This document shows, piece after piece, positions 41,716 to 55,771 of a stretch of 64,000 nt of DNA. Each line of letters opens with the position of its first letter. Position 1 is the stretch's first letter. Below the pieces are notes generated by a model. That model ran no database searches. It saw only the letters and a list, made by a program, of their open reading frames with translations, and was not told the DNA's origin. This DNA is from an uncultured Gammaproteobacteria bacterium (GTDB lineage Bacteria; Pseudomonadota; Gammaproteobacteria; UBA9214), in contig CAWHCQ010000007.1 in assembly GCA_963827755.1 (NCBI GenBank), positions 1-64,000 of the forward strand. The letters run 5' to 3'. Both the position numbers and the translations under genes were made by a program.

Positions 41716-44127
41716 TTGCCCTGGCTGTCCGTCGCCCTGGTCTCGGCGACGGCGCTTGCCTACGAAGTGCTGCTGATGCGGCTGTTCTCGATCATCCAGT
41801 GGCATCACTTCGCCTACATGATGATCAGCCTGGCGCTGCTTGGCTACGGGGTCAGCGGCGCGTTTCTCATGCTGCTGCAGCGTCCCCTGTTACAGCGTTT
41901 TGCCGCCAGTTACCTCGTTAACCTCGCGTTGTTCGGTCTATCTTCGGTCGGCTGTTTCCTGCTTGCGCAACAGATTCCCTTCAATGCCGAGGAGGTATTC
42001 TGGGATGCCCGGCAGACGCTCTGGCTGCTGGGCACCTACCTGCTGCTCGCGGTGCCTTTTTTCTTCGCCGCCAACGCCATCGGACTGGCGCTGATTCACT
42101 ACCGTGCCCGGTTGCCGGCTCATCTATGCCGCCGACCTGGTCGGGGCAGGCCTGGGGGGCATCGCGATCCTGGCGCTGTTGTTTGCGGTTTCGCCCCTGC
42201 AGGCACTGACCCTGCTCGGCCTGCTCGGAATCGGTGCCGCCCTGATCGGTGCATGGGAGTTGCGGCAAAGGCCCGGCGTAGCCTGGCTGGCTGCTGCCGC
42301 TGGCCGCCGTCCTGCTGCTGATACCCGCCAGCTGGAGCACGCCTGGAGATGTCGCCCTACAAGGGACTGAGCCAGGCCCTGCAGGTGAAGGACAGCCGCG
42401 TCATTGCGCAACGCTCCAGCCCGCTGGGCCTGCTCAGTGTGCTGGAAAGCCCGACGATTCCGCTGCGCCATGCCCCCGGCCTGAGCCTGAACGCGACCAC
42501 CGAACCACCGGCACAACTGGGTGTGTTCACCGATGGCGACGGGTTGTCCGTCATCAGCCGCTATAACGGTGACACGCAGACACTGGCACATCTCGACCAG
42601 CTGACATCGGCACTGCCCTACCACCTGCGGCCGGTTGAGCGCGGGCTGATCCTCGGTGCCGGTGGCGGCGCCGACGTGCTGCAGGCACTCTACCATCACA
42701 CGAAACAGATCGATGCAGTTGAACTGAATCCGCAGTTCGCTCACCTGGTGACTACGGATTATGCCGATTTCGCCGGCCACCTCTACCAGCTACCGGGGGT
42801 CACACTGCACATTGCCGAGGCACGCAGTTTTGTCAAAGGCAGCCCGAGTGACTACGACCTCATCCAGGTCTCCTTGCTGGATTCCTTCAGCGCCTCGGCC
42901 TCGGGGCAATTCGCCCTCAGCGAAAATCACCTGTACACCCGCGAGGCGCTGGCTGAATTTCTGCAAAAACTTGCCGCTGATGGATATCTCTCCATCACGC
43001 GCTGGATAAAACTGCCGCCGCGGGACACGCTGAAGCTGTTTGCCACCGGCATCGAGGCCCTGCGCGCCCGCGGCGTCAGTGACCCGGGGCAGCAACTCAT
43101 TCTGATCCGCGGCTGGCAAACCAGCACCCTGCTGGTGAAGAACGGGGCCGTCGATTCACAGGACATCGAGCGCGTGCGCGAGTTTTGCGCGGCACGATCT
43201 TTCGACATGGCCTGGTATCCGGGCATCACACAAGGCGAGAGCAACCGCTTCAATCGCCTTCGAGACGACTGGTTTTACGAGGCCGCCCGGGCGCTGCTTG
43301 GTGAACAGCACGCGCGCTTTTTGGCGGACTACAAGTTCAACCTGCAGCCGGCCAGCGATGACCAGCCCTATTTTTTCCACTTCTTCAAATGGCGGACCCT
43401 GGCGGAGGTCTTGCAACTGCGCGAGCGCGGCGGCGCACCGCTGGCCGATGCCGGCTACCTGGTACTGGTGGCCACGCTGGCGCAGGCGGTAATTGCCAGC
43501 CTGCTGTTGATCCTGTTGCCGGTCTGGATTGACCGGCGGCGCGGCAACCCGGCAAGACAAGGTGTCCGTCATGCCGAGGTCATGGTTTATTTCTTTATTC
43601 TTGGACTGGCCTTTCTGTTTATCGAGATTGCCTTCATCCAGAAATTCCTGCTGTTCCTGCATCACCCGCTGTACGCGGTCGCAGTGGTACTCAGCAGTTT
43701 CCTGGTTTTTTCCGGACTGGGCAGTGCCTGGCTGGGGCGCGCTGCAGCGGGTGACCGCGGCAGGCTGCTGGTCAAGGCCGTCAGCGTTATCATGGTGCTC
43801 GGCACCCTCTACCTGCTGGCACTGGGCCCCCTGCTGGAGCAACTGTCGATGCTGCCCGAGGTGCTGCGCATCCTGATCAGCGTGACGCTCATCGCGCCGC
43901 TGGCATTCTGCATGGGCATGCCCTTCCCGCTGGGGCTTGGCCGGCTGGCTGACCATGCACCGGGGCTGATCCCCTGGGCCTGGGCCATCAACGGCTGCGC
44001 CTCCGTAATCAGCGCCGTGCTGGCCACGCTGCTCGCCATTCACCTTGGCTTTGCCACCGTCATCGCCATGGCCCTGGCCTTGTATGCGCTGGCCCTGTGG
44101 GTGTTTCCCGCGCCTTGCATCAGATAA
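41716..44127 (+). CDS. Membrane-embedded spermidine-synthase-like SAM-dependent methyltransferase (frameshifted near 42120 and 42300-42350)
   Basis: N-terminal TM bundle (AYEVLLMRLFSIIQWHHFAYM), LILGAGGGADV..DAVELNP, ENHLYTREA, PASDDQPYFF, C-terminal TM bundle ending PWAWAINGCASV. Confidence 0.85.
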
Positions 44128-44495
44128 TCAGCCGCGCATTTGATACCACCCGGTGTGTCGAGTGGCAAGACCCGACGCTACCCGGTCCTCTGGCGTCCGT
44201 TTATATAACCAATGGCTAAACCAGAAAGAACAACCCCTCCGGAACATTCATAAATGCAGGGTGCGTTTTACGCCCCGTGGGATCGCACTATGAGACCATG
44301 GTGCGCGAAGCGCACCCGACGAAGTTTATCGCAAGGCAGCATTTGGCCGGCTCCGGCCTTTCGCAAATCAAGTTCTTCTTGGCGCCTCTGCGTGAGCATG
44401 CTTTTTTCTCTGTGTGCCCTGTGGATAAAAATAACCAATCCGGCATTAAATGTGCTCCAATACTTTTTTCACTCCGGTTAACAAAAATACTCCTG

Positions 44496-45317
44496 GTGCT
44501 GAATTCGCCCATCATAGCCAGCTTTGCCTTTCTCCTGGTACTCACATTGGGCGGCGCGGCTTGCTCGCTGGATAGCGGCGCGAATAAGCGCATGCCGGCT
44601 ATACCGGCAGGTGGTGCCGAAGCAAAGATCACGGAAGCTCCCGGCCGCAGCGAAACATACGGCGGTGCCGAAGTGAAACCCTGTGAGCCCGATCACACAA
44701 AGAGGGTACTCTGCGTGTTTGACTACGACCTGACCATTTCGAGCCATGCCTGTGAGGTGGCGGGCGAGTACTGCCGCACAAATTCCTGCGGGACGTACTC
44801 CTGGTTTAATCAATGCCTTGCGCCGGCTGCGCGCGAGGCTTTCAAGGCCTGCGTAGATCGCGGCGCATTTATCGGAATCAACAGCCATGCCGGCGTGGAT
44901 GAATGCTGGTCAGACAAGGTGGTGCCGATTGTGGCGCAGAATCAGTTCCCCGAACTCACCAATTCGCCCCGCTATGACAACCCGAATGCCGACTTCAGTT
45001 ACCCGGCCATTGACGATCGCGCGAACTGGAACTGCAATACGTGCGCCTACCATATGAACCCCAACATGGACAAATCCGAAGGGGTCAGGAAAGTGATGCG
45101 CCACTACGGAATGGACGCAGACTCACCCGCCGACAGGGCAAGAGTGATCTTCTGGGATGACAGCCCCGGAAATATCACGAACCTGAATACCAATATGCCG
45201 GAGGTGCGTGCAATCCTCGTTCCCCGCGCGGGGGCGGACGAAGGCGGCTGCGGCATCACCCGGCAGAAAATAATCGAAGGCTGGAACGGTCTGGTCCCGC
45301 AAGCCTGCACCCGGTGA
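44496..45317 (+). CDS. Cys-rich putative lipoprotein with HAD-superfamily motifs (start uncertain)
   Basis: Hydrophobic stretch ending GGAAC, motif I VFDYDLT, motif IV FWDDSPGN; the longer ORF from 44277 is probably over-extended. Confidence 0.6.
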   Translation: MLNSPIIASFAFLLVLTLGGAACSLDSGANKRMPAIPAGGAEAKITEAPGRSETYGGAEVKPCEPDHTKRVLCVFDYDLTISSHACEVAGEYCRTNSCGTYSWFNQCLAPAAREAFKACVDRGAFIGINSHAGVDECWSDKVVPIVAQNQFPELTNSPRYDNPNADFSYPAIDDRANWNCNTCAYHMNPNMDKSEGVRKVMRHYGMDADSPADRARVIFWDDSPGNITNLNTNMPEVRAILVPRAGADEGGCGITRQKIIEGWNGLVPQACTR

Positions 45318-45699
45318 GAGCGGGCGCCAAAGAGCAGCGAAGCATATTTACTGCTGCAATGGATGAATTCCCACAGAGGGCAAAGAGAAACGAGCTCCGG
45401 CTTTCCCGTCTCGCTGGTATCGCATGAAATTATCACCGTAGCTGTAAGGACAGTAAAGGTCTTCCGGCCATCGAGAGGATTTTTGCGCACAGGAAGATCA
45501 CGCACTCGAAGTGCGTGATTTCCCGAAAGCGGGGCCGATCACGCCCGCGGGCAATGCCGGCTGGCTGGATTGTCGACGCTCGCGCCAGATTCGGGATGCC
45601 CAATTCATCAGGCTGCTGATTGTCCTGTAGACAGGGGCAGGCAAGCGGGCATACGATGGAAAGGTATATAATAAAGGTCGTCTGAGACCAGGAGGCGCT

Positions 45700-48600
45700 G
45701 TGTCAGCCCTCAAACCCATCATCGCAATGCTTGCCGCGGTCGTCATCTTCAGCCTTTCCGGCATGCCGGTCGGGGCGCAGGACGGACCGGGAATTCCCGC
45801 GTTCACGTTCCAGCAAGGTGAGCTGCTGACCCCGCTCTATACGTTCACGACCGCCGAGGTCGGTGCCCGGCCGACGTTCGCCGGAATGCACCGTGGCTAT
45901 CTGATTGTCGCTGGCGGCGGCGTCGACAACGAGCCGCGCGCCCTGACACTGTGGGAGATCAACGACCCCGCTGCGCCGACCCTGTTCAGTTCAACCCCCG
46001 ACATCGAGATCTTCAAGACCCACGCCATGGGGTTTTCGGATAACCTGGTCACGGTGCGGGCCGCCGGGGGCGTCCTCTACGACATCACCGATCCGGCAAA
46101 CCCGCTGCGCCGCGGCACCATGGGCGGGACGGCCAGCAGCCTGTGGGCCTATTACGCCGCGCCTTACGTCTACAAGGGAGGCGAGGGCTACGGAAACGCC
46201 TCGGGCTGGGTCAGCATCCTCGACGCCTCGGACCCCGATAACATCGTCGTCGTCAACGAGATCAACATGCCGGCGCTGGTGGGTTTTCGCTGCGGGTCGA
46301 CCCACGTGCTGGGGAACCTGCTGGTCGTCTCGGCCAGCCAGACGAACGGGGTCGTCACCTTCGACATCAGTGATCCCGTGAACCCGGTGCTGCTCGACGT
46401 GCTGCGCATCCCCGGGGATACGACCTACACCTCGCTGCTCAACGGCAACCGGCTCTACAGCGGTGGCCAGGACGGCGGGCTGCACGTCTACGACCTGACC
46501 GACCCCGCCAACATCGTTCACGTCGGCAGCGTTCATCCCGGCGGCAGCGCGCGTTACCCGTTGCTGCAGGACGAGTTCATCCACCTGGGGAATCTCGGCA
46601 ACGACCACTACCAGAAGATCGACATCGACAGGCTGCAGCTCGTCGCCAGCGCCGCGCTCCCGGGAGGCCCTGATTCCGATCCCGAGATTGCACTGCCGAT
46701 GGGCAATCTGGTCTTCGTCGGCAACAGCGTGTTGAACACCGCCTTACCCGGTGGCTACCTGCTGGCCCACGACACCGACCCCGATACCCGCGGCATGGTT
46801 GTCAGCGCGGTACGCCCCGCTGACGGCGAGACCGGCGTTGCCGCCACCTCGATGATCGGTATCGCGCTCACCGACCAGATCGATCCGCGTACCGTCGACG
46901 CGACGACTTTCACCGTCCGGCCGCTGGGCGGCGCGCCGCTCGCCGGCACCTACACGACCCAGACGGGCACGATCAACTTCGTCCCCGATCAGCCGCTGGC
47001 GCCCGGCACAACCTACGAGGTCGTCATCGCCGCAGGGCGGCGTGCGTGACCTGTCCGGCAACGGAGTGCACGTCGCGTCGGTCACACGCTTTTCCACCGG
47101 CCCCAGCGTGTCTGGCGTGCCGCCCGGGGACCCTGCCGGCCTCCTCGCCGTCGCCGCCACGAGCACCAGTGTCGATCTGACCTGGAACGACAACAGCGCC
47201 ACGGAGAGTTCGTTCCTGATCGAGCGCAAGACGGTCATGGGACCGTTCCTGCCGCTCGCGCAGGTCCCGGCCGATGTCACCGCATTCACCGACACGACGG
47301 CAATACCGTTCACCAGCTACGCCTACCGCGTGCGTGCACAGGGCGACGGCAACTCGGCCTTTTCCAGCCAGGCCCAGGTCACCACACCAGGCGTCACCGT
47401 CAACAGCGGGCTCGACGCGCACTGGCGGTTCGACGGCGACACCGTCGATGCCTCGGGCAACGCACACGTGGCCACCCTGATCGGCGACGCGGGTTTCTCG
47501 ACCGCCGGCGCCGTCGGCAGCCACGCGGTGCTGCTGGACGGGGCAGGGGACTGGATCGCCACGGATGACTTCACGCTGGGCTCGGAGTTTTCGATCTCCA
47601 TGTGGGCGCGGGTCGATTCCGGGCATAGCAACATCCAGACCCTGGCCGCGAACACCGTGGGCGGTTCCCCGGCTGACGGCTTCCGTTTTTTCGTCAACGA
47701 GTACCTTACGACGAACGGCAGCATACGCTTCGAGACCCACAAAGACGTCCTTGGTGACGTGGCGTTTTCACCACCAGGTACGTTCGCCTTCGACCAGTGG
47801 AATCACGTGGCGGTTGCTCGTCGATCGCACGGCCGGGGTGGCGCGGATCTACTACAACGGCACAGACGTGACCGTCGATTCCACGATGCGTCAACGACTT
47901 CAATACTGACGGGCCGCTCGAACTGGGGCGCATGCTGGGCAACTTTGCGCTGACCGGTGCGGTCGATGATGTGCGCATCTACGATGGCTTGTTGACGCCA
48001 TTCGACGTGACGATACTGGCCGACCCCACGCTGCCCGCCGCGCCGGGCGGACTCAACGCCACCGCACCCTCCGCGAGCGCGATCGACCTGGTCTGGGACG
48101 ACAACAGCACCAATGAACTCGAATTCCGCATCGAGCGTAAAACGGCTGCCGGGCCGTTCGTGCAGATCGCCACCGTCCCCCCCGATGCGACGGCGTACCA
48201 GGACAGCGGCCTCGCCGCCGCCACGATGTACACCTACCGCGTTCGCAGCGCCAATCACAACGGCACGTCCGCCTACAGCAGCGAGGCTTTCGCCATCACC
48301 TCGTCGGGCACGGGCGCGCCGGGGCTCACGGCGCACTGGGAGCTGGACAACGACGCCGGCGATTCCATCGGCAACGGCCACGACGGTACGCTGGTCGGCG
48401 GCGCCACGTTCTCCAGTGACCGCGTGATCGGCAGTCACTCACTCGCCCTGGACGGCGTCAATGATCTGCTCGACGTCGGCGTGATGAACCTCGCCGGACG
48501 CTTCACGATCGCAACCTGGGTCAAGATCGACTCCGGCAGTTTCAACATCCAGACACTGGCCGCCAACGCCCCGGGCGGATTCATTCCCGACGGCTTTCGC

Positions 48601-51385
48601 TTCTTCGTCAACGCGTACGATACTGCGGACGGCAGCATCGTCTTCGAGACCGGCAACGGCGTCGACGGTAATGTGGCGCTGTCGCCGCCGGGCACGTTCG
48701 CCTTCGATCAGTGGAACCACGTGGCCGTCGTCGTCGATCGCCCGACCGGGACCGCGCATCTGTACTACAACGGCAACGACGTCACGACGGACACCATTAT
48801 CCTGAGTGACTTCAACCTCGACGCGACCATTCACCTGGGCGAGATGGGCGGATCGGGTTTCTGGCTCAACGGCAACCTGGATGACGCGCGCATCTATGAC
48901 CGGGCGCTCGACGCCGCGGAAATCGCCGGCCTGGCCTCGCCCGGAACGGGCGGTCCGCTGTCGGTGCAGTTGGCGCCGGGCTCGCCCGCGCTCGAAGCCA
49001 TGCCGCTGAGCCTCGACCTGGCAAGCATCACTGGCGGTGAGGGCGTGCTCGAGTACTCCTGGGACTTCAACGACGGCAGTCCCCAGACCCCGTTTCTTAC
49101 CACGTCCGCCGTCGAGCACGTCTTTACCGCGCCGGGCCATTACACCGTGCAGGTCATCGTGCGCGACCAGCAGGGTCAGCAGGCCAGCGACAGCTACCTG
49201 CAGACGATTCACCTGCCGGTCAGCCTCGGGCAGCCGGCCGGCTCGAGCACCATCATCTACGACCCGACGCTCGAACGGGTGTGGAACGTCAATCCCGACA
49301 ACGACAGCGTGACCGTGATCGATGCCTCGACGCTGGCAAAGCTCGGCGAGTTCGGCGTCGGCGATCATCCGCGGACGCTGGCCCAGGGCCCGGACGGGTC
49401 GATCTGGGTCGCCAACCAGGACGACGCCAGCATCAGTGTGCTCGACGCCGCTGACGGCAGCTGGATCCAGACCATCGAGCTCGCCCGCGGCAGCGCACCG
49501 TACGGCATCGCCTTTCGCACCGAATGGCACATCGGCCTGGTGACGCTCGAGGCCACGGGGCAGCTCGTCGAGCTTTCCTCGCCGGGCGGGCAGATCCTGC
49601 GCACCGTGGACGTCGGTCCCTCGCCGCGGGGTATCGCGGTGACGGAAGACGGACAGCGCATCTTCGTAACGCGTTTCATTTCACCGGGCGACACCGGTGA
49701 AGTCACCGAGGTCGACGCGATCACGTTCGATGTCACCTCGGTCATCACGCTGGCCAGGGACCCGGGGCCCGACACGCCCAGCAGCGGGCGCGGCGTGCCG
49801 AACTACCTCAGCTCCATCACGGTTTCTCCCGACGGTACCCGCGCATGGGTGCCGTCCAAGAAGGACAACACCGAACGCGGCGCATTCCTGGATGGGCAAC
49901 CGCTGACCTTCGAGAGTACCGTGCGCACGATCGCATCGAAGATCGATCTGGCCACGGGCATCGAGCGGCTCGGGGAGCGCATCGACTTCGACAACAGCAG
50001 CCTGGCGTCCGCGGTGCGCTTTTCGCCGCTCGGCGACTGGGCCTTCGTGGCGCTGTCGGGGAACAACCTGATCGACGTACGCGACGCCTACAGCGGCTCT
50101 TCCGTGGCCGGTCTCGACACGGGGCTGGCGCCGCAGGGGCTGGTGCTGTCGGCCGACGGCTCACTTCTGTTCACGCAGAACTTCATGCAGCGCTCGGTGT
50201 CGGTGTTCGACGTGTCCGAGCTGTCTTCGGGTAGCGGTGTGGGCGTATTCCCGCTGGCGACCATCTCCACCGTGGACAACGAAGCGCTCGACGCGACCGT
50301 GCTCGCGGGCAAGCAGATCTTCTACAACGCCGCCGACACGCGGATGGGCCTTGACGGTTACCTCAGCTGCGCGACCTGCCACCTCGAGGGCGGACAGGAC
50401 GGCCGGGTGTGGGACTTCACCGACCGGGGCGAGGGCTTGCGCAACACGATCGATCTGCGCGGCCGCGCGGGCACGGGCCACGGCAACGTGCACTGGACCG
50501 CGAACTTCGACGAGATCCAGGATTTCGAGAACGACATGCGCAATGCCTTCGGCGGCACGGGATTTCTGAGCGATCCACAGTTTGCACAGACGTCCGATCC
50601 GCTGGGTCTGCCCAAGGCGGGGCTGAATGCGGACCTCGACGCGCTCGCCGCGTATGTGACCTCGCTGACCACGTTGCCCGACAGCCCATATCGCGCGGCC
50701 GACGGTTCGCTGACGCCGACCGCCGAGGCCGGGCGCGTGATTGTTCGTCAACCACGGCTGCTCGACCTGCCATTCGGGAACGGGTTTCACCGACGGGCAG
50801 CGCCACGACGTCGGCACGATCCAGCTCTCGTCCGGCACCGGGATCGGTCAGCCGCTTCAGGGAGTGGGCTTCGACACGCCGACCCTGAAAGGAATCTGGG
50901 CCGCGGCGCCGTACCTGCACAACGGCCAGGCGGAAACACTGGACGATGTGCTCCTCATTCCCGGCCACGGCACGGCGAGCGCGCTGAGCAATGAGGATCG
51001 CGCGCTGCTGATCGACTACCTGCTGCAGATCGACAACGACGGGGGCCAGGCCCCGCTGCCCGGGTGCGACCCGGGACAGCCCCCCGGCGATTGCGACGGC
51101 GATGGCGTGCCGAACAGCCTCGACAACTGCATCCTCACTGCCAACGCAGATCAGTTCGACACCGACACCGACGGGTACGGCAATGCCTGCGATGGTGATT
51201 TCGACAACACCTGCGGTCCGGTGAATTACACGGACCTGGCAGCCTTCAGGGCGGCGTTCTTCACTGTAAGCCCGCTCCACGATCTCGACGGCAGCGGCGG
51301 GCCGGTGAACTACATAGATCTGGCTCTCTTCAAGGGCCTGTTCTTCACGCCCCCCGGGCCGAGTGCCGCCGGTTTATGCCAGTAA
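45700..51385 (+). CDS. Giant secreted multidomain di-heme cytochrome c protein: LVIVD - Ig-like - (FN3-LamG)x2 - PKD - YVTN beta-propeller - di-heme peroxidase-like - TSP3/dockerin-like (frameshifted)
   Basis: AGGAGG RBS; signal peptide; contiguous ORFs 45700, 47042, 47932, 50741; DISDPVNP repeats, WNDNSATE/WDDNSTNE, WNHVAV x2, YSWDFNDGS, CATCH and CSTCH, TPTLKGIWAAAPYLHNG, DGDGVPNSLDNC. Confidence 0.85.
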
Positions 51386-51510
51386 CGGATCGAAGGGTTG
51401 GAAAGGCCGTTGCTCTACCCTGAAGATCCGGAGTTGGCCTAACTCGGAAGTCCCTGGGCTGATCGGTTGAGTTTTCAACTGGCGACGATGATGTTGTCCG
51501 AAGCGAATGA

Positions 51511-53373
51511 GTGACCTTCATGCAAAGTACAAAAACCGGCAGATCACGGGTGTGGCGCATCGTTTCATTCGCCGTATTTCTAATCGCCGGGCAGGTGTAT
51601 GCCGAATCCGGGATTTCGATGCAGAACATCCACAACCGGGACAAGACCTCACTTAACGGGCGCTGGCACTACATCGTCGATCCCTATGAAAACGGGTTCT
51701 ACAATTACCGCCGCAGGCCCTTCGATGAGCTCGACTCGAAGGAAGGTGCCTTCTTTTCCAATACACGACAGAAATCAAAGTCGCACCTGATCGAGTACGA
51801 TTTCACTTCGGAGCCGACCTTGAATGTTCCGGGCGACTGGAACTCCCAGAAACCTGAACTGCTGTGGTACGAAGGAACGCTCTGGTATTTCAGGGAGTTT
51901 GACTACGCACTGGAGGAAGGTCGCCGCCTGTTCGTCAATTTCGGCGCATCCAACTACGAAACGCACGTCTATCTCAACGGCGAGAAGCTCGGGACCCACA
52001 TCGGCGGCTTCACACCGTTTCAGTTCGAGGTGACCGATGCGGTCCGACGCGGAAAGAACTTTCTCGTCGCGAAAGTGGACAACCGTCGCTCGAAAGAGGC
52101 GGTGCCGACCGAGGCCACCGACTGGTGGAACTATGGCGGATTGACCCGCGACGTGGACTTGATCGAAACTCCGGCGACCTACTTGAATGACTACGTTTTC
52201 CGCTGGGATCAGGAGGAAGAAGTAATCAAGGGATTTGTCGAAATGGACGGCACTGAAAAAGCCGGGGTGACCGTCGAGGTCTCGCTGCCGGAACTTGGAG
52301 TGGCGCGGGAAGTAATAACCGACCCCTCGGGGCGCGCCGAATTCGTACTGCGTCCGGATGCGATTACGCTCTGGTCGGTACTGCAACCGAAACTCTACGA
52401 GACCGTCATTGCGACAAAGGGGGAACGCGTTTCCGACCGGATTGGTTTCCGTCACATCGAAACCCGGGGGCGTGATGTGTTTCTGAACGGGCGCCAGGTG
52501 TTCTTCCGGGGGATCTCGATTCATGAGGAAATTCCGATGCGCAGCGGCAGAGCCTATTCGCTGGCCGACGCGCGGGTGCTTTTAGGATGGGCCAGGGACC
52601 TGGGATGCAATTTCGTGCGCCTCGCACACTATCCGCACAATGAGCACATGGTGCGGGCAGCGGAGGAGATGGGCTTGATGGTCTGGTCGGAAATTCCGGT
52701 GTACTGGACGATCCAGTGGGAGAATGAATCGGTGTTCGACAACGCGGCCAATCAGCTCACGGAAATGATTCGACGGGACCGGAATCGCGCCAACGTGGTG
52801 ATCTGGTCGGTCGGAAACGAAACGCCGGTCAGCGACGCCCGCAATCGCTTCATGCGGGGATTGGTCGGGATCGCTCGCGAACTGGATTCCACTCGCCTGG
52901 TGACAGCGGCGCTCGAGGTCGATTTCGAGCCGGATTACGTGACCATTGGCGACCCCTTCGAACCCGCGATCGATCTTGTGAGCTTCAATGAATACATCGG
53001 CTGGTATGGGTCGCTGCCAGAGGCTTGCGACAGTATGGTGTGGAAGATTCCGCAGGAGAAACCCGTCTTCATCAGCGAAACCGGGGCGGGCGCGCTGCAA
53101 GGTTTTCACGCCGACGAGACCACCCGCTTTTCGGAAGAATATCAGGCGGACTACTACCGCCGCCAGATCGCGATGCTGAAGAAGATCGACAAACTGCGGG
53201 GCATGACGCCGTGGATTCTTGCCGATTTTAGATCACCGCGCCGACCACATCCGAGGTATCAGAATTATTGGAACCGAAAAGGGCTGGTCTCCGAAACGGG
53301 AACTCCGAAGCAAGCGTTCCAGGTGCTGAAAGACTACTATCGGGAAGTTGCAGAGCAATATCCCGATTTTTAG
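51511..53373 (+). CDS. Glycoside hydrolase family 2, beta-glucuronidase-like, with signal peptide
   Basis: SLNGRW, HIGGFTPF, DWWNYGG, RLAHYPH, WSVGNE (acid/base), ISETGA (nucleophile), DFRSP, NRKG (NxKG glucuronidase motif). Confidence 0.92.
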   Translation: MTFMQSTKTGRSRVWRIVSFAVFLIAGQVYAESGISMQNIHNRDKTSLNGRWHYIVDPYENGFYNYRRRPFDELDSKEGAFFSNTRQKSKSHLIEYDFTSEPTLNVPGDWNSQKPELLWYEGTLWYFREFDYALEEGRRLFVNFGASNYETHVYLNGEKLGTHIGGFTPFQFEVTDAVRRGKNFLVAKVDNRRSKEAVPTEATDWWNYGGLTRDVDLIETPATYLNDYVFRWDQEEEVIKGFVEMDGTEKAGVTVEVSLPELGVAREVITDPSGRAEFVLRPDAITLWSVLQPKLYETVIATKGERVSDRIGFRHIETRGRDVFLNGRQVFFRGISIHEEIPMRSGRAYSLADARVLLGWARDLGCNFVRLAHYPHNEHMVRAAEEMGLMVWSEIPVYWTIQWENESVFDNAANQLTEMIRRDRNRANVVIWSVGNETPVSDARNRFMRGLVGIARELDSTRLVTAALEVDFEPDYVTIGDPFEPAIDLVSFNEYIGWYGSLPEACDSMVWKIPQEKPVFISETGAGALQGFHADETTRFSEEYQADYYRRQIAMLKKIDKLRGMTPWILADFRSPRRPHPRYQNYWNRKGLVSETGTPKQAFQVLKDYYREVAEQYPDF

Positions 53374-53536
53374 CCGCTGCGATCGCCTGGCCCTTCTTCC
53401 CGAGGAGATCACGGATATCCATCGAGAGCTTCTCCTTTGCGGGGGTAAATCTATTGATGCAGGAGACAGCTCACCGTCGCACAAATTGCACCCTACCCAA
53501 ACCGTTGCACCCTACAACCGGTACACAGAGTGCGCC

Positions 53537-55536
<2,000 letters not shown>

Positions 55537-55771
55537 GGGCCTACACGGTAGCGAATGGCCCCGTCATTTGCAAGAAGAACAATTCCCGGACAAACGACAA
55601 GCCATTGTTTTATATAGGCAAGTACGCAATTACAGGTGACGGTTTCTTGCCAGCGGCAGCCAAACCCCGTACTCTACGCAGGCGCTCGCGGCCACTGTGC
55701 GAGCGAGCAGTTTCCAGCCGCCCGTGCGTCCAGGAAAACCGGTTTTATCCCTGTTAAACAGCGAGTAACAC

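Noticed and set aside
41716-44127. Annotation as a true spermidine synthase (speE)
   Set aside because: The aminopropyltransferase DxxDP motif is absent and the protein is polytopic; only the SAM-binding fold is supported.
45030-45056. CNTCAYH as a c-type heme site in the HAD-like protein
   Set aside because: The spacing is CxxCxxH, not CxxCH; disulfides are more likely.
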